Of a stretch of 64,000 bases of DNA, positions 1 through 12,384 are shown piece after piece. Below the pieces are notes generated by a model. It saw only the letters and a program-made list of their open reading frames with translations. It searched no databases and was not told where the DNA came from. Position 1 is the stretch's first letter. Each line of letters opens with the position of its first letter. The position numbers and the translations under genes were made by a program. This DNA is from Eledone cirrhosa (Eukaryota): contig OZ024742.1 of NCBI GenBank assembly GCA_964016885.1, positions 294,748,001-294,812,000 on the forward strand, in the 5' to 3' direction.

Positions 1-1628
1 AAACCCCTCTACTTAGCTTTTGTCGACTTGGAGAAAGCCTTCAACAGAGTCCCCCGCTCCATTATCTGGTGGGCTCTTAGAAAACTAGGTGTTGACGAAT
101 GGCTTGTGAGGGCTATACAAGCCATGTATAAAGAAACAGTCAGCAAGGTTAGAATTAACAACGAATATAGTGAAGAGTTTAGCGTAAAAGTTGGCGTCCA
201 TCAGGGCTCTGTTCTCAGCCCCCTACTATTTATTATTGCCCTTCAGGCTATAACAGAGGAGTTCAAGACCGGCTGCCCATGGGAACTCCTATACGCAGAC
301 GACCTGACACTCATAGCGGAATCAATGGCCGAGCTAGAGAAGAAATTCCAAACATGGAAGCACGGCCTAGAATCAAAAGGACTTAAAATTAACCTGGCTA
401 AGACTAAAGTTCTAGTTTGTAGGAAAGAAAATAAGGCGGCGGTCCCTTCTGGGAAATGGTCGTGCTCGGTGTGTAGGAAAGGCGTAGGTAGAAACTCCAT
501 TTTGTGTCCTAAATGCAAAGTATGGGTGCATAAAAGATGTAGTGGGATCACAGGTAAGCTAACTAAGAACATAGATTTTACATGTGGCCGGTGCTCTGGT
601 GCAATAAGTAGCAGCAAGTGCCCAAAAAATACTAGCTCTTTCAATTGCGCAGATGGTTCTATAGAAATAGTGGACAGCTTCCGTTACCTGGGTGATAAAA
701 TCAGCAGTGGGGGAGGGTGCTCTGAAAGTACAGTAGCTAGAGTCAGAACTGGTTGGAAAAAGTTCAGAGAGCTTATACCACTATTAGCTGCTAAAGGGTT
801 CTCCCTAAAAATGAAAGGCAGGTTGTACGATGCCTGCATACGAACAGCAATGTTGCATGGCAGTGAGACCTGGGCATTGTGTGCAGAGGATATACGCAGA
901 CTAGAGAGGAACGAAGCTTGCATGCTCCGCTGGATGTGTAACAGTAATATACGTGAACGGCAAAGCATAAACGAACTAAGGAAAAAATTAGAAATAAGAG
1001 GGATCAGATGTTGTTTACTCGAGAGAAGGCTACGTTGGTATGGACACGTGATGCGCATGAAAGTCGATAGCTGTATAACAAAGTGCAGGGCAATAAAGAT
1101 AGACGGTAGCCACGGAATAGGCAGACCTAGAAAAACCTGGGACGAGCTGATAAACTCCGACCTCACACACTTACACCTCTCCAAGACAATGTCACTGGAC
1201 TGAGACCTTTGGCGGTACTCAGTAACAGAGAAGACCCGCCTTACCTAAATACATAGTAAAACCTACTACAGCCAGTAGGCATCTCTAACAAAATACCCCC
1301 CCCCCCCATCCACACCACCCCGTTCTATGTAAAGTTATGTTGGTGCCGCGTCATCCAGGCCAAAACATATGAGATCGTGTAGGTGTCACGACAAAAAAAC
1401 ACACAGTCCACGCTGTAATGTGGCCGTGTAGGCAACACGGTAAAAACCTCCCAGACCCACACTGTAAATGTGGTTGGTGTTAGGAAGGGCATCCAACTGT
1501 AGAAAACCTGCCAGACAGTCCTATGCGAGCAAGACAATCACTCTTGCCTCAAGTGGGACTACCCCCGTCCAAACCCATGCAAGCGTGGAACACGGACGTT
1601 AAACGTTGATGATGATGATGATGATGAT
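1..1628 (+). mobile_element. RTE-clade non-LTR retrotransposon, 3' part (RT C-terminal half, PHD-type finger, 3'UTR, (GAT)n tail); runs off the window start
   Basis: ORF 28-1203 has DLEKAFNRV, GVHQGSVLSP, YADD, FRYLG and RRLRWYGHVMRM..GRPRKTW motifs; 3'UTR ends in a (GAT)n tail at ~1608-1628. Confidence 0.95.
28..1203 (+). CDS. Reverse transcriptase (RTE ORF, partial; frame is open to the window edge)
   Basis: RT motifs in the translated ORF. The listed start is a TTG inside the RT domain, not a true start. Confidence 0.85.
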   Translation: MEKAFNRVPRSIIWWALRKLGVDEWLVRAIQAMYKETVSKVRINNEYSEEFSVKVGVHQGSVLSPLLFIIALQAITEEFKTGCPWELLYADDLTLIAESMAELEKKFQTWKHGLESKGLKINLAKTKVLVCRKENKAAVPSGKWSCSVCRKGVGRNSILCPKCKVWVHKRCSGITGKLTKNIDFTCGRCSGAISSSKCPKNTSSFNCADGSIEIVDSFRYLGDKISSGGGCSESTVARVRTGWKKFRELIPLLAAKGFSLKMKGRLYDACIRTAMLHGSETWALCAEDIRRLERNEACMLRWMCNSNIRERQSINELRKKLEIRGIRCCLLERRLRWYGHVMRMKVDSCITKCRAIKIDGSHGIGRPRKTWDELINSDLTHLHLSKTMSLD

Positions 1629-2067
1629 GTTGTAAACATATATCTCCTAATAACATTCATAGTTGTGGCTGCTTTGTTTTAGAAATTCCTTTGCTGACAG
1701 TCAGTAAAAATCTTTCTTTGTTACATTAGGTTAAACCGTTTTAGTGAGTTAGAGAAGAACAAAATATAGTAGCTATTTCTATAGCTTAAGTATTTTGCTA
1801 TTTTGTATACCAAGTAACACACCAAAAAACCTCTTCAGCATAATTAGCAAGATTATCTTAACTATTAACGTCCTGCACCACATGAAACCACATTAGCATG
1901 GCACTCTTTAAAAGTACAAAACACCACTATGGCTGCCTCACATTAGATATTAAAGTCTTTACTTTAATATTGTAAATTTTCACAACAATTTGTCTGCTAT
2001 GAAAGATGCTATAAATATTTGAATTAACAAATATGGTTTTAGATATTTAAATTGATTAAACAAATAA

Positions 2068-2446
2068 ATAATTGTTTCTACTTTTGGCACAAGGCCAGAA
2101 ATTATCCAGTGCATTACTGGTACTTTATTTTATCAACCCCGTAAGGATGAAAGGCCAAGTTAACCTCAGCGGGATTTGAACTCAGAAAGGGGCGTAACTC
2201 TATGCTGCAAAGCATGGTATTGGATCCTCTACCGATACTGCCCTGCTAATCAACCGCCCTAAATTAAATAAATAAATAATTGTTTCTACTTTTGGCACAA
2301 GGCCAGCAATTACCCAGTACATTACTGGTATTTTATCGACCCCATAAGGATGAAAGGCAAAGTTAACCTTGGCGGGATGTGAACTCAGATCGTAAAGGGA
2401 CGTAACTACGCTGGAAAGCATGTCTGACCCTCTACCGATACTGCCT
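2068..2446 (-). mobile_element. Two tandem copies of tRNA-derived SINE family A (~190 bp each)
   Basis: Minus strand has a box A-like GGCAGTATCGG, a box B-like GAGTTCA(A/C)ATCCC, a central CCTTTCATCCTTA..GGGG..GATAAAATA block and an AT-rich tail; many near-identical copies in the window. Confidence 0.9.
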
Positions 2447-2574
2447 GGAATCTTGCAGAGAAAGTTTGATGTTGACAGGTTCTATGTCAGAAGAAATGAC
2501 TGGTAGCAGTGGGAGGAGAGGAGGGGGGAGAATCTACTCAGACAACCTTTAAGTGGCATATGGTATAACTCAGG

Positions 2575-3902
2575 AAACAACAACCACGTCCCTTCCCCTC
2601 CTCACTAACACCAACAATACCAAAACTACAATACCAACACCAACACCAACACCACTACCACCAACGCCACCAGCACAACAACAACAACAACATAACCACC
2701 ACCAACATCAACACCAACATCACAACTACCACAGCCACCACCACCAACACCCCTGCCGCCACCACCAATATCAACAACAATACAACACAATTCCAACAAT
2801 AACAGTACAACACAACAAAAAACCTACAACTACTACAGCCCTCCACACACACACACCACCACCACAGCCACCACCTCCACCACCACCACCACCACCACTA
2901 AGCCACTACCACCACCACCATCACTAAGCCACTACCACCACCTCTACCACCAATATCAACAACAATACAACACAACACCACCACCACCACCACCACAGCC
3001 ACCACCTCCACCACCACCACCACCACCACTAAGCCACTACCACCACCTCTACCACCAATATCAACAACAATACAACACAACACCACCACCACCACCACCA
3101 CCACCACTAAGCCACTACCACCACCACCACCACTAAGCCACTACCACCACCTCTACCACCAATATCAACAACAATACAACACAACACCACCACCTCCACC
3201 ACCACCACCACTAAGCCACTACCACCACCACCATCACTAAGCCACTACCACCATCTCTACCACCAATATCAACAACAATACAACACAACACCTCCACCAA
3301 TACAACCACCGCTACCACCACCACCACCACCGCTAACACCACCACCACCACCACCACCACCACCACCACTAAGCCACTACCACCATCTCTACCACCAATA
3401 TCAACAACAATACAACACAACACCTCCACCAATACAACCACCGCTACCACCACCACCACCACCGCTAACACCACCACCACCACCACCACCACCACCACCA
3501 CCTCCACCACCACCACCACCGCTACCACCACCACCACCACCACCGCTAACACCACCACCACCACCACCACCGTTACCACCACCACCGCTACTACTACCAC
3601 CACCACCTCCTCCACCGCTTCCACCACCTCCTCCACCGCTACCACCACCACCACTACCACCACCACCACCGCTACCACAACCACCACCACCAACACCACC
3701 ACCACCACCACCACCACCACCACCACCACTACAACCACCACCACCACCACCACCACCACTACCACAACCACCACCACCTCCTCCACCGCTACCACCACCA
3801 CCACCACCACCACCACCACCGCTACCACAACCACCACCACCACAACCACCACCACCGCTACCACCACCACCACCTCCTCCACCGCTACCACCACCACCAC
3901 CA
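2575..3902. repeat. (ACC)n-based compound microsatellite with higher-order units
   Basis: CAC/ACC repeats interspersed with recurring CTAAGCCACTACC and CAATATCAACAACAATACAACACAAC blocks. Confidence 0.95.
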
Positions 3903-4031
3903 ATGTGTCCTAACTGAAGAAATGATGGACAACTTTATCTTAAGACAAACACCTAAAGAAGAGGAGAAACTCTTTGTATACCAACAAATGTTTGTATGTG
4001 GTTATGTGGTTTATATTTCCTGGTTACTTGA

Positions 4032-4035
4032 AGAG

Positions 4036-4110
<75 letters not shown>

Positions 4111-4380
4111 TGTGTGTGTGTGAGACAGAGAAAGTGAAAGACGGAGAGACAGAGAAAGTGAAAGACGGAGAGAAAGAGATAGTGAAAGAAGGAGTGGAAG
4201 AGAGAGAAAGAAGTCTGTGTGTGTGTGTGTCTGAGTGTGAGTGAGTGTATGTGTGTATGGGTATGTGTGTGTGTCTGACTCTGTGTGTGTGTATGTGTAT
4301 GTGTGTGAGTGTGTGTGCCTGTGTGTGTATGTGTGTGCGTGTAAGTGTATTTGTATGTATGTATATATGTGTGTGTGTTT
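4032..4380. repeat. (GA)n and (GT)n microsatellites
   Basis: Read directly from sequence. Confidence 0.95.
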
Positions 4381-4848
4381 CAGTTTTTAACTTAATGTCA
4401 AGATTTACTTAATCAACATTATGTTTGAGTTTGTTGTTGTTTCATGATCAAAATGATAAAAACATTAAATACATTTTAGCCTGAAGGCTGGCAGAGGAGA
4501 TGCACTGAAAGAACCAGTCAGTCTTGCTAGACTCCATCTTGGGGCTGGCCATATTCATCCTGATAGCAATAAGTAAGGCGATGAGGCTATCTCTTGTTCT
4601 TGGATTGCAAAGACATAATCTTTGAGAAGTAATGAGTTCATTAAAAACTTTCTCTCACACATACTCAGACACAGCCACACCATACTACACATATAGACAT
4701 AAACACAAACATATATGTTTAGATAAACATATACATACATATATACAAACATATATACAATAAAAACTGAACTGTTACCAAATTAAAATACAACCAGCTG
4801 GACATTGTTGTTTGGGATGACATATTAAAAACATGTCCACTTGATATT

Positions 4849-5035
4849 AATTGTTTCTACTTTTGGCACAAGGCCAGCAATTATTCCAGTACATTACTGG
4901 TACTTTATTTTATCGACCCCGTAAGGATGAAAGGCAAAGTTAACCTCGGCGGGATTTGAACTCAGATCGTAAAGGGACGTAACTATGCTGGAAAGCATGT
5001 CCGACACACTACCGATACTGCCAACTGACCGGCCT
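4849..5035 (-). mobile_element. SINE family A with target-site duplication
   Basis: ATGTCCACTTGATATTAAT at 4833-4851 and 5037-5055 flanks the copy. Confidence 0.92.
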
Positions 5036-5061
5036 AATGTCCACTTGATATTAATGTAGTA

Positions 5062-5249
5062 AAGGCGGTGGATTGGCAGTATCGGTAGAGGGTCGGACGC
5101 CATGCTTTCCAGCATAGTTACGTCCCTTTACGATCTGAGTTCAAATCCCGCCGAGGTTGACTTTGCCTTTCATCCTTACAGGGTCGATAAAATAAAGTAC
5201 CAGTAATGCATTGGGTAATTGCTGGCCTTGTGCCTAAAGTAGAAACAAT
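5062..5249 (+). mobile_element. SINE family A, full length, with target-site duplication
   Basis: Box A TGGCAGTATCGG and box B GAGTTCAAATCCC; ATTAATGTAGTAA at 5050-5062 and 5248-5260. Confidence 0.93.
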
Positions 5250-6184
5250 TAATGTAGTAAGAAAAATATACACACACACAAACAAAGACACACACTCACA
5301 CACACACTCACACACACACAAACACACACAAACACACACACACTCACACACACACACACACAAACAAACACACACACAAACAAACACACACACACACACA
5401 CACTTATACACACTTTTAGCTGTACCAGTCAAGAGATACATCAAGTAGTAATTTCTTGAAGAACTAACAAGCTATCTAAAATATTTAAATATATTAAAGG
5501 TGAAAACATATTGAGATACCAAAGAAAAGAATTGGTTGAAAATAAGATTACATTTTTTGAATTTGTGAAATAAAGGGTTTAGTATGAGTGAAAAATATTT
5601 CATTGTTGAAGAATAAGATTAAGTTTTGAGGAATGATGATGATGGTGTAAACTGCAGCTGAATCTACACAATGCATGATCACTCTGTTTCAGAAGGCATA
5701 TGTTTTAAAGTTAAAACTTTTCTTGAGCTGAGTTTATGCCATCCATCACAAGCTGATACTTATTTTCAGCTGCATGAACTGGAGCAACATAAAATGAAGT
5801 GTCTTGCTCAAGGGTATATGTGCCTCTTTGTCAAGGGATCAAAAGCACAACCTTATGATCTTGATCTCAGCACTGTAGCCACTAGGAGTACATTATACAT
5901 TCTATCCTTTCCTAATTTTAGAAGGAAGAGTGCAACTTGAGGGAGATTTGGCTGCTATTTCTAAACCCCCTCATTGCAGCAACATTATTTTGAGTAAGGC
6001 AGATAAGGTGGAGGAGTTGGTATAGATGATAGAGAGCTAGATTAAATGTTTTACAATAGTACTCTGAGTTCAAATCCTACTAAAGCTTCACCTCATCTGC
6101 ATCGCCCCTGGGGTGAGACATGATAAAAATAAGCCACAGGGATACACTGAAGGTTGACTCTTCTATTAAAAAGCACTTCTCTTC

Positions 6185-6380
6185 TCTTTGAGAAGAGACT
6201 CTCACACAGAGACTCTCACCACAGATACACATACACACAGACAGACAGACTCTCACCACACACACTAACAAACACACACACAGACAGCTAGACAGACTCT
6301 CATCACACACACACAGACAGCTAGACAGACTCTCATCACACACAGACAGCTAGACAGACTCTCACCACACATACACACAG
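6185..6380. repeat. Short minisatellite (ACACAGACAGCTAGACAGACTCTCA..., ~28-30 bp unit)
   Basis: Several imperfect tandem copies visible. Confidence 0.8.
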
Positions 6381-6470
6381 ATTTATGGCCTGTCGCCAAT
6401 ATGAGCTATCGTTATAGAGGGTGTGGCAGAACATCATCTGTAAATATCTCTAGGTAAATAGAATGGAATG

Positions 6471-6501
<31 letters not shown>

Positions 6502-6598
6502 TGCCTAGATGATTCACATCTATCAAAGATTGGCCATGAAGTGTAAGAAATTAGTTAACATCGTTTTTATATGAATGACTCTTTCATAGCTGATGTTT

Positions 6599-6635
6599 CT
6601 CTTACCTGAAAAAAAATGATTAGATTAAAATAAAT
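6599..6635 (-). promoter_or_regulatory. Candidate recursive splice site (zero-length exon)
   Basis: Minus strand reads TTTTAATCTAATCA-(T)8-CAG|GTAAGA: branch-like CTAAT, T-tract, and CAG directly abutting a donor; junction 6606/6605. Confidence 0.5.
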
Positions 6636-7415
6636 TGGTTTCTTTCGCTACTAATCTTTTTTTCTCTTTCTTCTTTAACTAGATATTATCTTTCTGAAGA
6701 GACCCATGATAAGTTAATTTTTCTGTGATCCCCACACACTGAAAAGCTCCCAGAAATACACTTTTTTTTCTTTCGTCTTTCAAAATAAATTCTTGATGAC
6801 ACAGTTTCCAGATCTGCCCTAATTTCTCTGATCATCTTTTACCTGGGTTAATTTTTTTATTACTTTTGAAATTGGTTAATTAGTGTTAATTATGTTCAAT
6901 TAGTGGTACCATATTTAACTCCTTCATTATCATATTTCTAATGAAAGACACTGCCTCTGATTTTCAGATAATTTTGAAAAATAATCAAGAATTTGGAGGG
7001 GATTTTTCATTACCAAGCTGGTGTTTGGAACATAACTTAAAGATTCTTTCATAAAATTATGATGGAAGGCTTTTAGAAAAATATAAACACCTTAAAATAG
7101 ACAGCTTTGTATCATAAAACCAGGGTTGGCTCCAGGAAGTTTGGTATCAAAAGAATTAACCTGTTGACTGCCACATATATTTTACACAGCTACAGTTGAT
7201 GGGCCATTTTTTGTTTTTTTTTCAGTAGAATAACTATTTTTTAAAACAGTTTTCCAAACGGTTTTCGTATGCTCAATTTCTATCACAAAGTTTAGATTAA
7301 TTTGAGGTTAAATACACTTGTCCAAGATGGCAGATGGCATACAATGGGAACAAACCTGAGATTCCAAATTTAAAATATAACCTTTGGCCAATTAAACATC
7401 ATGGTGATGGTGGTT

Positions 7416-7452
<37 letters not shown>

Positions 7453-8359
7453 CAGTAGTAGTAGTAGTAGTGCCTCAGCTCAAACTCTTTATGAAGCAAT
7501 GTAACCTTGAATATAGATTCAAGGTGAATACCCCAAGAAGGAAGAAATACGTATAAGATAAATATTCCATGAAGTAGAAAATACTTCATTACATGCACAC
7601 ATACACACATATGCACACAGACACACACAAAACACACAAACAAACACATGTACACACATACACACACACATATATATATATAATTAGGCTAAAGTGTGTT
7701 GCACTAAATATTGTATATGATGAGTTCTTAATTTTCTGAATCATCTGAGTGGAGATAGAAAATTAAACATCTGGAAGCAATTGTTAGTGATTATTCCAAA
7801 GGAAAGAAGGAAGGGGAGATAATTTTGAAAAATCAAGCATAAATTCTCGACTGATTCAACATGTTAAATTAAAGTTACAATAACATCTAAAATAATTAAA
7901 ACAAGATACTATTAAAGATTTTGGCCCACCTAAATTGTGTCAGAATAATACCCTACCCATCCACGACTCTGCTTATCTTCCTTATCCCTGTCCATTTCAT
8001 ACAGCTACCAAAAATCTTTCATAATGAGGTGTTCAGGTATTGGGATGAACAAGAAAAGGTCTGTCTCAGCTGTGATTTATATACAGTAATTGGAAACAAA
8101 CAATATTTAATCTTCTGAGGACCCTGTCTCAGACATGCTCTTCATTGTTGGAGTCATATATCCCCATTGTCTGTTCCAGAGTTTCCTTCAGTATGGAGTG
8201 TTATGATGCGAGGGTGTATGAAGGGGGATGGAGGTGAAGGTCGTGCATAATAGATGTATGCTTCCACCTGTGCTCATGGGAAGACAGGTCTTCTGTATTA
8301 CTGCATGTGTGTGTGTGTGTGTGTGTGTGAGAGAGTGAGTGTGTGTATTTGAATACATC

Positions 8360-11240
8360 TTCCTACAACCATATTTGTGTTCTCTTCGTTATTTGACCCT
8401 GACTTCATCACAGTCACGGAAACATGGGCACATTCCTTACTCCGTGATGGGGTTTTCAGCATTACTGGGTACAACCTTTCCCACAAGGACCGCATTAATC
8501 GCCGTGGTGGTGGTGTGATGGTCTACGTTCGTTCAAACTTTTCGGTAATTCCTTGCGTTGATTTGAACGAATCACAAGAAGTTTTTTTTTTGTGACATAC
8601 GTATGACCATGTCAACACTTCTGTTTGGTGTTGTTTATCGCCCCCCAAACTACCATCAGGACACACAGCTTTGCGATATCCTCAGAGCTGCTGCCAGGAA
8701 AACAGCCACTTATGTGTTTATTGCAGGTGACTTCAATCATCCTAAGATCGATTGGGAAACCTTTCGTTGGCCACAAAGTGCAAACGATTTCCTTGAGCTA
8801 GTGCTGGACACAAACTGGTCACAAGTAGTTACCTCTCCAACAAGAGGTGACAACACTTTGGACCTGATCTTCACCACTACTCCTGAAGTGGTTATCAGTT
8901 GTACTACCGAGGAACCTCTAGGCGACTCTGATCATGCTATGATTATTGCCAATCTGGCTCTTGCGGGCAGCAACAAAAACCAGAACCATCTGCAATCTGC
9001 TTGCTTTGATTGGAAGAGGGCAGATTGGAACTTGTACTGAGCTACAGCGCCCAAACTGGCATGAGTTGTATAACTCTGGAGATGTGAACACTATACTCCA
9101 GAGCATCCTGGACTCAATATGGATAGCGTGTGCAGCATCGGTGCCACGTAAGCAGAAAAAAAACCACCCCAAAAGTGCAATTTGGAAAACTTCAGCGGTC
9201 CGACTTGCCAAGAAAGAACGTTGGAACGCTGAACGGGAATATAAACTGCATAAATCAGATGCCAACAGAAAAAAGTGGAATAAAATTTCCAACCATCTCA
9301 AGCAAGTGACAAAGAAGGCAGTGCTTGAATTTGAACAGTGCATAGCAACCAATCCTGACAGTAAGGTGTTCTGGAAATATGTTCATTCAAAGCAGAGACC
9401 TCACTCTCCAGTTGGTCCTCTTCGCAATCCCCACACAAGCCAGATCACTGACGATCCCAAAGAATGCGCAGAACTCATTGCTGAGTGCTATGCAAGTATT
9501 TTTACTGTTGAAAACCAGAATGTACCATCTCCACCATCTCTAACATCAAATTCCATAACAACTATGGAATTTACACCTGCAATGTTGCGACGTCACCTTA
9601 AGAATAAGTGCAACTATGCCTCCCCTGGTATTGATGGTGTTACATACCTACTTCTCAAATGTGGCGGGTACTTCCTTTTGCACCAGCTTTCTTTCTTCTT
9701 TCAATACTGTCTCAACAATGGTGCTACTCCGGAGCAGTGGAAAACTGTCAGTGTCATTCCCTGTTCAAAAAGGGCAACCGCATGTCACCTGTCAACTATC
9801 GTCCAGTCAGTCTTGCTAGCTGTATGGCCAAACTGATGGAATCCTGTGTCAGAGAAACACTTTGGAACTTCTGGAGCTCTCACAGCCTTATCCGGCCCTC
9901 GCAGTTTGGATTTATCCCTAACTCCAGCTGCTGTGATCAGTTTATCGAGTTCCTTGAAGACATTACCCGGATCACTGACAGCGGCTCATGGGTGGATGTT
10001 GTTTACCTTGACTTTGCTAAGGCTTTTAATTCTGTGCCACACAAAAGACTTATGGCAAAACTCTCTGCAATGGGTGTGAGGGATGATCTTTTTAACTGGT
10101 TGAAATCCTTCATTCTCAGCCGAAAAGAGGTAGTCACGGTTCTAGGACAGCATTCTTCACCATATAAGATGTCATCTGGTGTACCACAGGGATCTGTTCT
10201 TGTTCCCCTTTTGTTTGTGGCATATATTAATGACATAGATGCCAACTTAAAGAATGCCACGGTACTGAAATATGCAGATGACATCAAGCTGTACCTTGAA
10301 ATCAAAAGGACTTATCCTGAAATCTACAACTCTTTCCTAAAATCAGACCTGGACACAATGCAGCAATGGATCACAGACTGGCAACTGAAGCTGGCTGTGG
10401 ACAAGTGTACCACCATGCATTTTGGAAGGAAAAATCCAGCGTCCACATACTCCCTCCACAACACTGATATCAAGAAGTCTTCTTGTGAACGTGACCTGGG
10501 CATTACTGTCAGCAACGATTTGCGTTGGACAAAGCATGTCTCTAAGATTGTCAAGAAGGCCGAGGGTGTCTTGGCATCACTCAGCAAGACTTTTGTTAGC
10601 CGCTCTCCAGCAATCTATTTAAAGCTGTATACAGCTATGGTATGATCACACTTGGAATTCGCATCATCAGTCTGGAACCCCTATCTTGCTCAGAACATTG
10701 ACCTCCTGGAAACTGTTCAGAGACGTGCAACCAAGCGCATACCCTCCATCAGACACCTACCATACTCTGAACGCCTTGCTTCTCTGGGCATGGATTCATT
10801 GAAGCTCCGACGTCTGGCAATGGACTTGGTAAACACCCCAAAAATTATTAACCATCTCGCCAACAACAACCCTGTGCACCTTTTTGATCTCCATATGTCT
10901 AACACACGTGGACATGCCTACAAAATCAGAAAACAGCACAGTTCCCATGACTTTCGTAAACATTTTTTCACGCTCAGAGTTGCTGAAGCATGGAACAAAC
11001 TGCCTGCGCCAGTTGTTAGCTGCCGAGACACTGCATCCTTTAAAACCCTCATGCTTCCCGAAATACGCCAAAACTACACCTGATTTACCCCTTCTATACA
11101 CATGCACACATGTGTATATCATGACTCATGCACTGTTCATTTTCCTGACGTTTGTACATTACCCTATGTACTATACATACACTTTTTGATGAGTTGTAGT
11201 GCACCTGAGCATTGTACACAATATTTCATTATTATTATTA
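8360..11240 (+). mobile_element. CR1-group LINE, 5'-truncated near the start of ORF2 (APE endonuclease + RT), frameshifted, with (TTA)n tail
   Basis: ITVTETW, GGGVMVY, VVYRPP, AGDFN, LDLIFT, SDH (endonuclease); NYRPVSL, YLDFAKAF, SGVPQGS, KYADD, ERDLG, LETVQRRATK, RVAEAWNKLP (RT and C-terminus). Frameshifts near 8590, 9037 and 9760; in-frame TGA at 10643. Confidence 0.95.
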
Positions 11241-11351
11241 TATTATTTTGCACTTTACTAGACCACCAACTTTCTGTTTTACTAGTAACACGTACAAAAT
11301 AATCCAGAGAACACAAATACGTTTGTAAGAGCATGTATTCAAACCTCCTCA

Positions 11352-11412
<61 letters not shown>

Positions 11413-11429
11413 GTGTGTGTGTGTATAAA

Positions 11430-11545
11430 TAATAATAATTGTTTCTACTTTTGGCACAAGGCCAGCAATTATCTCAGTGTATTACTGGTACTTTATTTTA
11501 TAGATCCCGTAAGGATGAAAAGCAAAGTTAACCTCGGCGGGATGA
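11430..11545 (-). mobile_element. SINE family A, 3' half
   Basis: Matches the 3' half of the other copies. Confidence 0.8.
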
Positions 11546-11550
11546 ATAAA

Positions 11551-11858
11551 TCATCATCATCATCATCATCATCGTTTAACGTCCATGTTCTCCGCTTGCA
11601 TGTGTTTGGACGTGAGTTTTCTCACTTGAGGCAAGAGTGGTTGTCTTGCTCGCATAGAACTGTCTGGCGGGTTTTCTACAGTTGGATGCCCTTCCTAACA
11701 CCAACCACATTTACAGTGTGGGGCTGGGAGGTTTTTACTGTGTTGCCTACACGGTCACATTACAGCGTGGACTGTGTATTTTTTTGTCGTGACACCTACA
11801 CGATCTCATTTGTTTCGGCCTGGATGTTGTGGCACCAACATAACTTTACATTGAAAGG
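11551..11858 (-). mobile_element. RTE LINE 3'UTR fragment with (GAT)n tail
   Basis: Reverse complement of ~1325-1628. Confidence 0.88.
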
Positions 11859-11861
11859 GGC

Positions 11862-12176
11862 AATAATAATAATGAAAATTATTGTGTACAGTGCTCAGGT
11901 GTACTACAACTCATCAAAGGTGCATGTATAGTACATAGAATAATGTACAAATGTCAGGAAAATGAACAGTTTATGATTCATGATATACATGTGTACGTGT
12001 GTATGGAGGGGGGATATCAGGTGTAGTGTTGGCGAATTTCAGGAAACATGGAAGTTTTAAAGGATGCAGAGTCTTGACAGCTAACAACTGATGCAGGTAG
12101 TTTGTTCCATGCTTCAGCAACTCTGAGTGTGAAAAAATGTTTCCGAAAGTCATGGGAGCTGTGCTGTTTTCTGACT
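11862..12176 (-). mobile_element. CR1-group LINE 3' fragment
   Basis: Reverse complement of ~10925-11240; translates as RKQHSSHDFRKHFFTLRVAEAWNKLP. Confidence 0.9.
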
Positions 12177-12189
12177 GACTTTCGGAAAC

Positions 12190-12384
12190 AAGAGGAGGTG
12201 CTGAAAAGTTCCTGGCTTTGAGGGTATTGTGAAAGGGTAGAACTGTTACCTTTACAAGGGAGGTAGGGCAGATGCAATAAGTGTGTGAATCTGAGAGGGG
12301 AATATGTTGAATAAAATCCTAATTAACTGATCCTCCTATATTTTCTTTTACCCAAAGCCAGGAACTTTTCAGCAACCCTTCATG
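12190..12384 (+). mobile_element. Internally deleted Tc1/mariner element (MITE)
   Basis: TIRs GCTGAAAAGTTCCTGGCTTTG / CAAAGCCAGGAACTTTTCAGC; interior encodes the mariner C-terminus RCNKCVNLRGEYVE*. Confidence 0.85.

Noticed and set aside
243-1184. Minus-strand ORFs opposite the RTE ORF (likewise 47317-48435 and those opposite the CR1 element)
   Set aside because: Antisense shadows of retrotransposon coding sequence.
2553-3903. Long His/Pro/Val/Thr-rich ORFs (also 28603-29091, 49413-49983, 55331-56388 and the (TA)/(CA)/(GA) ORFs)
   Set aside because: They are translations of microsatellites and minisatellites with no splice or domain evidence.
4480-4572. 93-nt plus-strand exon-like segment (TTTTAG...AA|GTAAGG, one open frame LKAGRGDALKEPVSLARLHLGAGHIHPDSN)
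   Set aside because: Poor pyrimidine tract, no recognisable protein and no partner exons; the opposite strand is also open. Cannot be supported.
5062-5160. tRNA genes at SINE heads
   Set aside because: A and B boxes are present, but there is no canonical cloverleaf and each head continues into a SINE body.
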